Below are positions 31,101 to 40,414 of a DNA stretch of 41,921 bases, in pieces (position 1 is the stretch's first letter; each line of letters begins with the position of its first letter). The position numbers and the translations under genes are program-made. Source of the DNA: Nitrospirota bacterium. GTDB taxonomy: Bacteria > JACPQY01. A model generated the notes under the pieces. It ran no database searches and was not told the DNA's origin. It saw only the letters and a list, made by a program, of their open reading frames with translations. The stretch covers positions 140,560 to 182,480 of the forward strand of contig JACPAV010000019.1 of assembly GCA_016180645.1 (NCBI GenBank), read 5' to 3'.

Positions 31101-33523
31101 GCCTCCTCCAGCTTCCCGCCGAATCGGAGCGCGCGGGAGAGATGGACCACCAGTTCCGCCTGCTCATCCGGTCCCGATGCGCCGGTGAGGAGCACCCGAT
31201 ACGCTTCGATGGCGCCGGTGAAATCGGCCGTCGCGAGGAGGGATTGAGCGAGCAGGAGATCGTAGGCGCGGGCGGCAGGGGAGGCCAACTCCAACGCGCG
31301 ATCCCGATGGGTCGTGAGAAAATCCGCCACGGGCGCCGGTTGATTCAGCCGCAGCATCATCTGGAGTTCCGATCTCGCCAGAGCAAAGGCCCGCGCGGCC
31401 TCCCCTCCAAGGAAGAACTGCTCCGCTTGGAGCAGGGCCGATCCGGTTTCGCGCCGCGAAGCGGAAAGAGAATCCCAGGCCTCGCCGAGGGCGCGGTGCA
31501 TCTGTGTTCGTCGTTCAGAATCGAGGGCCTTGAGCACCGTGTCCCGCCGAAGACGGCTGGCAAACTGGAAACCACCCGCACCCTCGGCCAGCCAGCCCCG
31601 ATCCACCAGCCGGCGCAGCGCCCGAGCCGCTTCGGATGCCGGCGCAACATCGAGGGCCGCCAGGTCCGAAGCATCCAATTCTAGAGGAAACAGGCAGGTC
31701 CACTCGAGCAGGGTACGCTCGTCCGTCTCCAAGCCTCGAAGGTCTTCGGCGTACCAGGAGGAGAGGTCCGGCCTCTCGTCGAGCCTTCTCCAATCCAACA
31801 TCTCCATCTGCGCGGCAATGTCTTCTCCGGGGCGGAGGAGGCGATCCACCAGGAAGCGAACGACCTCGACGACGAGACCGGGCATGCCCTCCGTTTGGGC
31901 CATGAGTTTCTGGAGAAAGCCATGAGGCACCTCTTCGATTCCCAGTAGGCTTCCCACAGCGCGGGAGACTTCTTCCTTGGACCAGCTCCGCAGCTCCAAC
32001 GTCCGATCGGGCGTCATCGACGAGGGTGGAAGGTCGGACGCGCCGAGCAGGATGAGCACCTTCATGTCGGCGTGATGGGATTCACCCCCGGGCTCCTCGG
32101 CGCGAACGGCGGCCGCGGCCGAGGCGAGCAACTCGGCCAGTTCGGGCTTCCGGTCGACATCGTCCGCCACCACGACCACGGGACGGTCGCGCACGAGGAG
32201 ACGGAAGGCTTCTCCGCACATGGCCATGGCCCGCGCCTTCTGCAAATCCGGGCTGGTGTCAAGCACCGTCGGATCGGGGACCTCGGCGAATCGGGCCGGG
32301 AGGAATGCCTTGAGGAAGGGGGCATACAGATCGATTTCGGGATCTTTCGCCCCCGCCAGGAGGGGTTCGAACAACTCCGTCCCGCCCTCTTCCATTCGCA
32401 TGAGACCGATGACGGAGAGATCCTTCATCTCGGCCCATCGCCGAAACTCGTCGAGAACGGCGGATTTTCCGCTCTGCGATTTTCCACGGACCAGGGCCAC
32501 CGAAAGGGCGTTCGTCGACTGTTCGGCCTGCTGTGCCCATTGCGTCAACTCCTGGATTTCGCGGGTTCGACCGGCGGAGACGGCCGTGGACTTATCGGGG
32601 ATGCGGAGCCGTCCGGGTTCGAGAGGATCGTGCCGACCGAGCCTCGCGTTGAGCCGGCGGATGACTTCGTTGGCCGACCAGAAACGTCGCCGGGGATTGG
32701 GATCCAGGAGCGTAATCAGGATGTCGCGAAAGGCTTCCGGAACGTCGGGCAGGAAATCGCCCGGCCGGGGGGAGGTCCGGGCGCGCGTTTCTCGGATGAG
32801 TTCATCCAGGGAAGTTTCATCGGCTTTCGTTGTGGGAGCGTCCGGGCGGCCCGGCCTCGCCTCCTCCACTCCCTCTCGGGTGAGCTTCGGCTTTCCGGGC
32901 CTCCGATGCGGCAGGCTGAACGCATCGAAGAAAACCATCGCAAGCGAGTAAAGGTCGGCGCGTCCATCCACATGCTCCTGCCCGGCCACTTCCGGCGCCA
33001 TGTACGGAAACGTGCCTGCGATGCGCCCCCGCAGATCGAACTTGCCTATTTCATCGGCCACTCCGAAATCCAGGATTTTGGCCGCCGGCTCGTCCTTGCC
33101 CGATTCGTTCGCCGCGGACATGCGCACGTTGGAGGGCTTGATGTCCAGATGGATGAGACCGCGGCTGTGCAGATATTCGAGTCCCGCGAGGAGCTGGACA
33201 AAGACCCGCAGCCGGTCGTCCCACATCGCGCGTTTCAGAAATTCGGACAAGCCCTCCCCTTCCACATACTCCTGTGTCAAGTACCTCGTTCCTGTGGCGG
33301 GATCGGTGACCAAATCGAAAACTTTGACGAACGCCGGGTGATCGAGGTGCGAGAGGAATTCCATCTCGCGTTTTGAACTCGGATCGAGAAGCTCCGTGGT
33401 CTGTTCGAGAAACTGTTTGACGGCCACCGTGCGCTTTTGAACGCGGTCATGGGCAAGAACGACGCGACCGAAACTGCCCTCACCCAGCTCTTTCAGCACC
33501 TCGAACCGATCGATCCAAATCAT
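28151..33523 (-). CDS. Multidomain Ser/Thr kinase - STAND-like ATPase - TPR - GAF - sigma54 enhancer-binding AAA+ - Fis HTH
   Basis: Kinase: [27 protein letters not shown]-loop: [19 protein letters not shown]-like helices and a GAF ([14 protein letters not shown]). b[56 protein letters not shown]. Start moved to ATG 33523. Confidence 0.92.
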   Translation of the reverse strand: MIWIDRFEVLKELGEGSFGRVVLAHDRVQKRTVAVKQFLEQTTELLDPSSKREMEFLSHLDHPAFVKVFDLVTDPATGTRYLTQEYVEGEGLSEFLKRAMWDDRLRVFVQLLAGLEYLHSRGLIHLDIKPSNVRMSAANESGKDEPAAKILDFGVADEIGKFDLRGRIAGTFPYMAPEVAGQEHVDGRADLYSLAMVFFDAFSLPHRRPGKPKLTREGVEEARPGRPDAPTTKADETSLDELIRETRARTSPRPGDFLPDVPEAFRDILITLLDPNPRRRFWSANEVIRRLNARLGRHDPLEPGRLRIPDKSTAVSAGRTREIQELTQWAQQAEQSTNALSVALVRGKSQSGKSAVLDEFRRWAEMKDLSVIGLMRMEEGGTELFEPLLAGAKDPEIDLYAPFLKAFLPARFAEVPDPTVLDTSPDLQKARAMAMCGEAFRLLVRDRPVVVVADDVDRKPELAELLASAAAAVRAEEPGGESHHADMKVLILLGASDLPPSSMTPDRTLELRSWSKEEVSRAVGSLLGIEEVPHGFLQKLMAQTEGMPGLVVEVVRFLVDRLLRPGEDIAAQMEMLDWRRLDERPDLSSWYAEDLRGLETDERTLLEWTCLFPLELDASDLAALDVAPASEAARALRRLVDRGWLAEGAGGFQFASRLRRDTVLKALDSERRTQMHRALGEAWDSLSASRRETGSALLQAEQFFLGGEAARAFALARSELQMMLRLNQPAPVADFLTTHRDRALELASPAARAYDLLLAQSLLATADFTGAIEAYRVLLTGASGPDEQAELVVHLSRALRFGGKLEEAARTIREFKERSPEGERMLPRLDSLYADVVLEQARYGEAAAISRAYLEGKRLCDPDELMAFRHVLAKVHFYQKETDRAIELFKQNCAEGRRSGRMARYALSLNALGAAYLAKDATPEAIESLHSCATLSQEIGDLRGTALANLNLGVSYQKSGNAPASETHYEKALVVFRQIGAEADRARALFNLGLLRMSSGNLEGAEESFSEALKLSSLHGMTHLQARVRLERAVCFLTRGRLQEAKDESEGSQALFEGLGMEPNVLEAKLVNLEIRLRVGEVGGVETALGEYEEAVMRQGSRELEVRFHSLRSQVLTHRKEGQIPALPPFQKGGDGRMAAASNQDEPTLAASGVDAPRKGISAGPAPTLGPPRRRRTDAETLSLLDLLRKINSPIDFQETLVEIVDSLVAFNKAERGFLLLLEEGQLKVRVARSRERREIRDPEESFSLSVAQETLAQGQPLFVIDATADPRFNRSASVTQLGIRSVLGIPLFLMKGKPIGALYLDTQLDQGHFMEEDGPLLSGLSELTALAIYKAQLIAQNIRDQRELRKTVRELNESKGRIEELAADLEEANGKLREKVTQQEKELDGARERLSVLIQDEQPKYRYDRIVGTSPAIRRVLSLLDRAVDSRVPVLIEGESGTGKELLARAIHFNSARKDKPFVPLNCAAVPYDLFESELFGHVKGAFTGADRNKPGLFEVAHGGTLFLDEIGEMPLGLQVKLLRALEERAVRPVGGTGEIQLDVRIVAATNKDLRELIERGQFREDLYYRLCVFHVPVPPLRERGGDIPLLVDAFLKEIAREEGGAPKSIAGDALALLSAYRWPGNVRELENTLRNAYVVCATARLEVQDFRHKLDLVGGSPVKKGSGAYKLKDVLEEVQVRSIRDALLRTGGNISLAAVDLGVNRSLLSGWVKKWRLKGGGARRAKPSREWPDATERGGARKAKPSREWPDATERGGARKAKPSREWPDATERGVGKHRPRGDQSSEA
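28195..28362. repeat. 54-bp tandem repeat x3, each unit a stem-loop, in frame with the kinase C-terminus
   Basis: Unit cgccccgctcggtggcatccggccattcgcgggacggctttgccttcctggcgc starts at 28195, 28249 and 28303. Encodes [18 protein letters not shown] on the minus strand. Confidence 0.95.
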
Positions 33524-33644
33524 CCCCACGGACGAAGTGTGGCATATGTGGACTTGTGTTGTCAATAACGACAGTAGTGTCGCTGCTACGAACAAATATG
33601 AGATTGCCATCGGCGAGTGGATTTTGCCAGACGTGTATTAATAG

Positions 33645-34868
33645 ATGCCTAATATAGAGTTGTTATACGATTCATCCGCGGCGGTGGACAGGTTGGTACG
33701 ATCGTTGCGCCCTGCGGTCAACATGGACACACATGGTCAACTTGAAAACTCACCGCCGGTGCAGCCACCGCCGATTCGTTCGTCCTCCCAGGCGGTAGAT
33801 TCCCCGGAGTTGGATCGTTTTCTGGCGAAGTGCCTGCCGGGGAAGTTTCTTGGGACGGTACGCGAATCGATTTCCCTCTTCTGCGCCTCCGAGGTTCTGC
33901 CCAGCTTGTTGGTAACGGGGAGGCCGGGAAGCGGGAAGACGTATCTCGCCCGCATCATCGCGGCCGCCGCGAAGTGGTCGCAACTCTCCGACGCCGAGCA
34001 GGAATCCTACCTCTCGTTCACCGACCCCGTCGGGCCGCTGAGCACGGGGCGCGTCGGATGCGTCGAAATTCCCGGCATCCCCGACACGCTCGTGGAGAGC
34101 GAGCTCTTCGGATACAAGAAGGGCGCGTTTACCGGCGCGGAACAGAACAAGCCGGGATTAGTGGACACGCCCTGCCCCGTCGTCCTCCTCGACGAAATCG
34201 CCGATGCCAGTCCGTTCATGCAGGCGAAGCTGCTTCGACTCGTGCAAGACCATACGTTCCGCCCGATCGGGGCCAAGCTGGACGAAGTACACGCCTATGA
34301 GGGGAAACTGATCTGGGCCACGAACAAGAACCTGCCGACGCTCGTCGCCGAGGGGAAATTCCGCGAGGACCTTTTCCAACGCCTCAACACCTTTCACATT
34401 GAAATGCCCGATCTCCACGCCGACCCGGAATACATCCGGTTCGCGCTCGAATTCATGCTCGAAAAACTCTCCCACCAGGCGCCCGCTGCGCTTCGCGGCG
34501 GCGGACACGGCCGACTCTCTCCCGAGGACGAAGAATGGGCCTTGCGCTACGGCTGGCCGGGGAACTTCCGACAACTGGAGTCGGTCACCCGCAAGTGGTT
34601 CGCGATGGGTTGTCCCAAGGGCCGGTTCCACGAATGCGCGGGCGAGCCCGAGCACCTTGCGGACGATTTCGAGCACGGACGCGGAGTTCGATTCGGAGAG
34701 TTCCGCAGAATCCTCCACGCCCGCGTCGACCATTTTCTCTACGAAGAGATCCGCCGGCTCGACGATGCCGCTTTCGAATCGCTGTTTCCCGGGTCCCGGC
34801 GGACATCCGCCCTCGCCATCACGCGTCGCCGGGTCCGCCGGGATTCCAACCCGCCGTCCACCCACTAG
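33645..34868 (+). CDS. Sigma54-interacting AAA+ activator lacking an evident sensor domain and HTH
   Basis: GRPGSGKT Walker A, VESELFGYKKGAFTGA, LLDEIAD, WATNKNL, FREDLFQRL, WPGNFRQL. Start uncertain (33645 or 33723). Confidence 0.85.
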   Translation: MPNIELLYDSSAAVDRLVRSLRPAVNMDTHGQLENSPPVQPPPIRSSSQAVDSPELDRFLAKCLPGKFLGTVRESISLFCASEVLPSLLVTGRPGSGKTYLARIIAAAAKWSQLSDAEQESYLSFTDPVGPLSTGRVGCVEIPGIPDTLVESELFGYKKGAFTGAEQNKPGLVDTPCPVVLLDEIADASPFMQAKLLRLVQDHTFRPIGAKLDEVHAYEGKLIWATNKNLPTLVAEGKFREDLFQRLNTFHIEMPDLHADPEYIRFALEFMLEKLSHQAPAALRGGGHGRLSPEDEEWALRYGWPGNFRQLESVTRKWFAMGCPKGRFHECAGEPEHLADDFEHGRGVRFGEFRRILHARVDHFLYEEIRRLDDAAFESLFPGSRRTSALAITRRRVRRDSNPPSTH

Positions 34869-35105
34869 ATTCATGGCCACCCGCTCCCCCAACCGCCCGG
34901 CCCATTCTTTCGAAACGGACTCCTCTGTCCGCGCCGGCGAACCGCTCCGTCCAGCCCTCAGAATCCCGATTCCCTCACCCTGGGGAGTTTCTCCCATGGC
35001 GATGTGGCGCCACCGTCCCAAATCTCGAAACATCGCAGTTGGCCGAGGAGTAGGAGCCCATCCAGCCGGGCGTCATCCCGGCGATCCCTCCTCCAATTCT
35101 CCCAC

Positions 35106-35121
35106 TGGCCCCAGCCTTGCT
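35106..35121 (+). promoter_or_regulatory. Candidate sigma54 (-24/-12) promoter
   Basis: TGGCCC-CAGCC-TTGCT versus consensus TGGCAC-N5-TTGCW. Exact GG-N10-GC spacing, 12 nt before the lipoprotein ATG. Confidence 0.45.
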
Positions 35122-35133
35122 CCCTTGTCGGGC

Positions 35134-35922
35134 ATGGACAACCCAAGCCCTCGACGCCGAATTCCCATCGCGTGGATTCTTGTCCTCCTGTGGCTTGCGT
35201 TCTTCATCGCCGTGGCCTTCTTCGGCTGCACACGAAAGATCGAGGATGAGACTCCACCCCCCAATATCAATCTTCTCCTGCATCCTCTCCTTCCCTCCGT
35301 CTCTCTGACCCTGGAACCTTCCGGAAGCCGCCCTCCTTTCCGCTGGGAGTTTCTCCAACCCACGTCACGGGGCTTCGCCACCACGCAGTACCGCTGGATC
35401 CGAAATGCAGAGGTTTCCGGCATCCTTTTCGCCGAGGATTCAGTGGCCCAGGGGGGAAGCGGCAATCTGATCTTGGCCACCGAGGAGGGACTCCTCATCG
35501 CCCTCGGCCGAATCAGGGATGGCCGCACTCTCATCATGGACGGTTATTTTTTCAAGTTTCCGGCCCAGCTAGGCGAGACCTATGAAATGAATTCCTACAT
35601 CACGAAATGGACGGGAGGACGCCGCGGCCTGGGCCAGGCGTCCACTCCCCGAGGCGCACCCGAGCCAGTGGTCAAAGTCTCGCGCGAAAAGATCGATACG
35701 GCGCGCGGTGAGCAGGAGGTGGTGGTCTACTCGCTCATGCGCCACGACCCCGAGCAGGGCGACTACGAATCGAAATGGTATTTCCACGTCGGCGAAGGGC
35801 TCGTGCGGGCCGTGAACTCCGATCACCTCGGTCAGATCCTCGTGCAAAAGGGATTCGAATCCCCCGCCGAGCTCGGCCAACGCGCCGCGATTCGGAAGGC
35901 GTCCCATCCCAACCGGCCCTGA
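35134..35922 (+). CDS. Hypothetical lipoprotein
   Basis: MDNPSPRRR, a hydrophobic stretch and a lipobox-like FFGC. The ORF track's extension to 34399 overlaps the activator gene and is unlikely to be real. Confidence 0.65.
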   Translation: MDNPSPRRRIPIAWILVLLWLAFFIAVAFFGCTRKIEDETPPPNINLLLHPLLPSVSLTLEPSGSRPPFRWEFLQPTSRGFATTQYRWIRNAEVSGILFAEDSVAQGGSGNLILATEEGLLIALGRIRDGRTLIMDGYFFKFPAQLGETYEMNSYITKWTGGRRGLGQASTPRGAPEPVVKVSREKIDTARGEQEVVVYSLMRHDPEQGDYESKWYFHVGEGLVRAVNSDHLGQILVQKGFESPAELGQRAAIRKASHPNRP

Positions 35923-35933
35923 CTGGAGGCATC

Positions 35934-38900
35934 ATGATTCACCCCATCTCGTATCTGATCCTGTCGCTTCTCATCCTCCTCCCCGCATCGCTCGCGCGCG
36001 CCCAATCCGCTCCAAACCCGATCGATCTCGTCAGGCTCACCGTGCGTGTCACCGCCATCAACGCCGAGGACACGGACGGCGGGATGTGCCCAAACGAAGT
36101 TTATTTCGTCGGTTGCGTGCGACCGAAACCGTCCGGGGCGACGCCGGCCGGATGGACGTGCATGAGCACGAAAAACGAGCCGGTTCCCGTAACCTGCGGC
36201 GACGCCGGGGATGGACTCGATCCCAGCCGGCTGAGCGGCCTCGACGTGCGTTTCGAACCCGCCGTTCCCAAGGGACCGGACATCCAGATCGTTATTCAGG
36301 CCTGGGAGGCGGACCCGATCAGTTACGATCAGTGGGATCTCGATCCCACCGGTGGGGATCGGGATATGAATCTGGACCTCACGTACAACACCGATACTCG
36401 AAAGTGGTCCGGTGATACCTCGGAATCGTTCTTCGGTCCGGGCGATTCGCCCTCGATCTGGCGGCGGGCCAAGGTCTGGTTCACTATCTCTTCGCCCGCG
36501 GAAACGCCCGCCACCGCCGAGCCGCCCGTCATCGATCCGACGATCGTCATGGAGGAGCCGCCCCCGCCTGCGCCGGACATCCAGGTTCCGCCTCCCCCAC
36601 CCACGATGCCCGATTTCGACGCGGAATCCGCCTACACGTATTCGTCTCCGATTCTTGCCCAGCCCACATTCGGATATGACCCATCGCAGTTGTCCACCGC
36701 GCCATCCACGCCGCCTCCACCGCCCGCCCAGGGCGAGGAACCGACGACACCACAGCCCCCGGACACCGAACCGGCGGACGATGCGATCCTCGGCGAAGAA
36801 CCGCCGGCCAAGGACGAGGAACCGCCGCTCACGATCCCCGACGGACTCGGCGTGGCCCGCGCGACATCCAATTCCGTGATTCTTCATCTCCCCGCTCCCT
36901 CCTCCGTGATTTTGGTTCCGGAACCCGGGGCAGCGGAGGGGGTCCTCGTGGCGCAGGGTGAGGGCCTACAGGTCGTCACGGGGCTCGCCCCCTCCGCGGA
37001 CTATTTCTTTCGCGTCGATGAAGCGGTGCTCCACGCCCGCACCGTGGGCGGCCCTCGCGCCAAGCTCGACACAACCGTCCGCGAGGTCCACGGCTACGCC
37101 CCCAACATCCTGATGATCGTCGTGGCCAATCCAGGGGCCGCCTACAGGAGCGACAAGCTCCAGGGCAATCTCGGTCCCCTCTGGCAGGCCGGACCGTGGA
37201 CCGTGAAGCGCCGGGACGGTTCGGCGATCAAGGTCCTGCGCGTCCATCGCCATTCCATAACCGTGAGTCAGCCTGACTACAAGGTAGGCTATTCGCTAGA
37301 CAGCGACATCAACATCGTTGACGTCGACCACCGCCTTTTCCTGGTCCTCGAACAGGCCATCGGCAGCCCGGACATTCTCGAAATCAGCGGCCCAATGGGT
37401 CTGCATTTTGTCCTGCCGTTCAGCGACCGTTACCTGGAAACGCCCGTCATCCAGCTTAACCAGGTGGGCTACAGCCCTCGCGCCACCGAGCGATACGCGT
37501 ACGTCTCCGGCTGGATGGGCAACGGTGGGCCTCTTTCGCTCGCGAATTTCCCTGCCTCGGCCGAAATGATATCGGACTCGGGCAGCGTCACCCCGCTCGC
37601 CCTCGAGCCGCGGGCCGCTCGCGACTCCGACGCCGGCACCGAGGTCCACCAAATCTCTCTCGCCTCGGTTCCCCCCGCCGAGGGCGTGCGTTATCGCGTA
37701 CGGATCCCCGGCGTGGGCGTCTCATGGCCGACGCAGGTCAGCGAGACCGCCGTGTTCAAGTCGTTCTACACCGTCATGCGAGGGCTGACGTACAACCGAT
37801 GGGGGCGAAAGCTCGATGCCTCGTGGACGGAGTTCGGCCCCCGGCCGTCCGACCATCCGACCGTGTTCACTTCGGACACCGCGAACTGGACCGACTTCCA
37901 TCGTGAGAACACGCCCCAAACCGGCGAGCGTGCCATGGTGGGGGGGCACCACGACGCCGGCGATTTCGACATCCGTCCCTCGCACACCATCGTCGGCCTG
38001 TTCCTCATGCGCGCGTTCGAGAATCATCCGGACTTTTTCCCTGATCGCCAGCTCACGATTCCCGAGAGCGGCAACGGCATCCCCGATCTTCTGGACGAGG
38101 CGCTCTGGAGCCTCGCCGGGTGGGAGCATCTCCAGGAGGCGGACGGCGGCGTTCGGCAAGGCGTGGAGTCCTACCGGCATCCCTGGGGCATCTACTATGC
38201 CGACACTGAGCCGCTCCCATACTGGACGTATTCGCGGGAGGCCAACCACACCATGCGCGTCGCCGGCCTCTTCGCCCAGGCCTCGCGACTGATTCAACCC
38301 TATGACGAGAAGCGGGCGGCCATGCTCCGGGCGCGCGCGCTGGCGGCGTGGAGTTGGGCCGTCACGCACGGGGCAAGCGCCGGTCCGAAGTTCTACGCCG
38401 CGGGCGAACTCTACCGCCTCACCGGCGAACTGTCCTTCCGCAACATCTACGACACGCTGTGGATGTTGAGCGACTGGAGCTCAGCCGTCATCACGGCGTC
38501 CGTCTTTCCATGGTTCAGCTCCTACATGATCCCGGTGCAGCCGGCCCTGATCGATTACCTCCTGGGGTACATGGGCGGGGCCGCTCCCAAGGCGAGCATC
38601 GTGGCCGAGATCCTGGCGAACCTCACCAAGCGCGCGAATGATTCCGCGGCGGCCGTCAACGGACTCCATGCCCACCGTAACGGACGTCCCGCCTCCTATG
38701 GCACGGACTGGGGCGCGGGCACGGCCGTCGGAGAGTACGTCATACCCGCCATCCAGCGACTTCAATTCGGCGGGCTTTCCACCGTCGAGGAACAGAGTTA
38801 CATCAATGCCCTCAGTCTTTCGGCGGACTACATCCTTGGAGCCAATCCGAATGGAATGGTCTGGATGACCGCGTTGGGATCGCACTATCCGCGGGAACCG

Positions 38901-39215
38901 CTTCACCTGGATACCCTCAGCTTCCTGAAGGACGGCCAAGGGCTCTTGCCGGGCATTCCCGTGTACGGGCCGATCGTTTCCGCGCCGATGGTCTGGTACT
39001 ACGAAGCCCCCAAAGCCGGATTCTATCCCGATTTCGGCGATCAGCCCCTGGGCCGACGTTTCGTGGACAGCCGCACGTTCGTCAACACGAGCGAATTTGA
39101 CAACACGGTTCAGGCCCGCCACGCCGAGCTGTTCGCCGCATTGCTCGGTGCTCCCACGATGCCGCCCGCTTCCTGGCTGCCCGGCGGGAGCGACCACAAG
39201 AGCACACTTCCTTAA
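35934..39215 (+). CDS. Secreted multidomain glycoside hydrolase family 9-like protein
   Basis: Signal peptide after GGAGG, Pro-rich linker, FN3-like GLAPSADYFFRV, CelD-type NQVGY, GGHHDAGDFD (GH9 DAGD motif), PDLLDEALW, DYILGANPNG, NTSEF. Confidence 0.8.
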   Translation: MIHPISYLILSLLILLPASLARAQSAPNPIDLVRLTVRVTAINAEDTDGGMCPNEVYFVGCVRPKPSGATPAGWTCMSTKNEPVPVTCGDAGDGLDPSRLSGLDVRFEPAVPKGPDIQIVIQAWEADPISYDQWDLDPTGGDRDMNLDLTYNTDTRKWSGDTSESFFGPGDSPSIWRRAKVWFTISSPAETPATAEPPVIDPTIVMEEPPPPAPDIQVPPPPPTMPDFDAESAYTYSSPILAQPTFGYDPSQLSTAPSTPPPPPAQGEEPTTPQPPDTEPADDAILGEEPPAKDEEPPLTIPDGLGVARATSNSVILHLPAPSSVILVPEPGAAEGVLVAQGEGLQVVTGLAPSADYFFRVDEAVLHARTVGGPRAKLDTTVREVHGYAPNILMIVVANPGAAYRSDKLQGNLGPLWQAGPWTVKRRDGSAIKVLRVHRHSITVSQPDYKVGYSLDSDINIVDVDHRLFLVLEQAIGSPDILEISGPMGLHFVLPFSDRYLETPVIQLNQVGYSPRATERYAYVSGWMGNGGPLSLANFPASAEMISDSGSVTPLALEPRAARDSDAGTEVHQISLASVPPAEGVRYRVRIPGVGVSWPTQVSETAVFKSFYTVMRGLTYNRWGRKLDASWTEFGPRPSDHPTVFTSDTANWTDFHRENTPQTGERAMVGGHHDAGDFDIRPSHTIVGLFLMRAFENHPDFFPDRQLTIPESGNGIPDLLDEALWSLAGWEHLQEADGGVRQGVESYRHPWGIYYADTEPLPYWTYSREANHTMRVAGLFAQASRLIQPYDEKRAAMLRARALAAWSWAVTHGASAGPKFYAAGELYRLTGELSFRNIYDTLWMLSDWSSAVITASVFPWFSSYMIPVQPALIDYLLGYMGGAAPKASIVAEILANLTKRANDSAAAVNGLHAHRNGRPASYGTDWGAGTAVGEYVIPAIQRLQFGGLSTVEEQSYINALSLSADYILGANPNGMVWMTALGSHYPREPLHLDTLSFLKDGQGLLPGIPVYGPIVSAPMVWYYEAPKAGFYPDFGDQPLGRRFVDSRTFVNTSEFDNTVQARHAELFAALLGAPTMPPASWLPGGSDHKSTLP

Positions 39216-39225
39216 AGGAGGTTTC

Positions 39226-40251
39226 ATGAATCTTGGAGAGAACACACCGCCGATTCCCGGCTCGACTCCGGAGTCCGTCCCCATGGGGCGAATCCTGGCC
39301 CTCCACGATGAGGGTCGTGCGCACACTCCGCTCACCCTCGCGCTGAACCGGGCCGGCTACGGCATCGATTTCTCATATTCACTCCTGGAAGCGATCGATC
39401 GGATCCGGAGTCTCCAGCCGGATCTGGTGCTCATCGATTCCAAGCAGGAAAGAAGAAGGTGTCCGGGAATCTTTTCCGAATTGAGGACGGCCGCGGACAA
39501 CCGCCTGCTCCCCATCATCGCCCTGTTCGAGGAAGAGGTTCAGGACGAACACCTCCACGCCCTCGAACTCGGGCTCACGGAAATGATGACCAAGCCCGTG
39601 CCCGTGTTTGAAGTGCTCCTGCGTGCGCAATCCCTGGTCCGGTTGAAATGTATCGCCAAGGATCTCGATCCCTCCGAGGCCATCATCATCACCTTCGCCA
39701 AGATGGTGGACAATCGAAGCCCGTACACCGCCCGCCACAGCGCGCGCGTCGCCCACTACGCGGGACTGCTCGCCGAGCGGATCGGTCTCCCGGACCGGCA
39801 TTGCCGGGCCGTGCGACAGGGATGCCTCTTCCACGATATCGGAAAGATCGCGGTCCGCGATCTCATTGTCCACAAGCCCTCCGAGCTGACCCCGCTCGAA
39901 TATGAAGAAATGAAGCGCCATCCGAAATACGGTCGCGATTTGCTCCAGCACCTTCGCGCCGTGACCTACGCGATACCCGTGGTCTACCACCATCATGAGC
40001 ACTACGACGGATCGGGCTACCCCGACGGACTCGCCGGTGACGCGATTCCCATCGCGGCGCGCGTCACGGCCATCGCGGACGTCTTCGATGCCCTCACCGC
40101 GCCGAGAAACTATCGGCAACCTCTTTCGCAGGCGGACGCCCTGGATCTGATGACCCGCGAAGCCCGTATCGGGCTTTGGGATCCAAGGCTCCTCAATGAA
40201 TTCCTCGGCGCCCTACAGTGGGACTCCCCAATGCAGGCCGCGTCGCGATGA
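39226..40251 (+). CDS. REC-like + HD-GYP cyclic-di-GMP phosphodiesterase
   Basis: YTARHSARV, FHDIGK, HHEHYDGSGYPDGL, IADVFDALT. The receiver is atypical (LALHDE, LIDSK, TKP). RBS AAGGAGG. Confidence 0.92.
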   Translation: MNLGENTPPIPGSTPESVPMGRILALHDEGRAHTPLTLALNRAGYGIDFSYSLLEAIDRIRSLQPDLVLIDSKQERRRCPGIFSELRTAADNRLLPIIALFEEEVQDEHLHALELGLTEMMTKPVPVFEVLLRAQSLVRLKCIAKDLDPSEAIIITFAKMVDNRSPYTARHSARVAHYAGLLAERIGLPDRHCRAVRQGCLFHDIGKIAVRDLIVHKPSELTPLEYEEMKRHPKYGRDLLQHLRAVTYAIPVVYHHHEHYDGSGYPDGLAGDAIPIAARVTAIADVFDALTAPRNYRQPLSQADALDLMTREARIGLWDPRLLNEFLGALQWDSPMQAASR

Positions 40252-40384
40252 ACCCTCAACGGACAGATTCAGAGCTACATTGTACGGAACGGTCCGCGGA
40301 TCTTCGGCATTTGAATGTGCCACCTCGCAGGAACCGACAACGGCTTGACTCTCTTAGCCTTTCAGAATGGCCGTGACCGTCGAA

Positions 40385-40400
40385 TGGCCTAATTCTTGCG
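40385..40400 (+). promoter_or_regulatory. Candidate sigma54 (-24/-12) promoter
   Basis: TGGCCT-AATTC-TTGCG with exact GG-N10-GC spacing in an AT-richer intergenic stretch, 14 nt before ATG 40415. Confidence 0.4.
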
Positions 40401-40414
40401 TTTCGCTAATAGAC

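Noticed and set aside
34399-35133. N-terminal extension of the 507-aa ORF
   Set aside because: Overlaps the sigma54 activator gene in another frame and is low-complexity; the signal peptide begins at ATG 35134.
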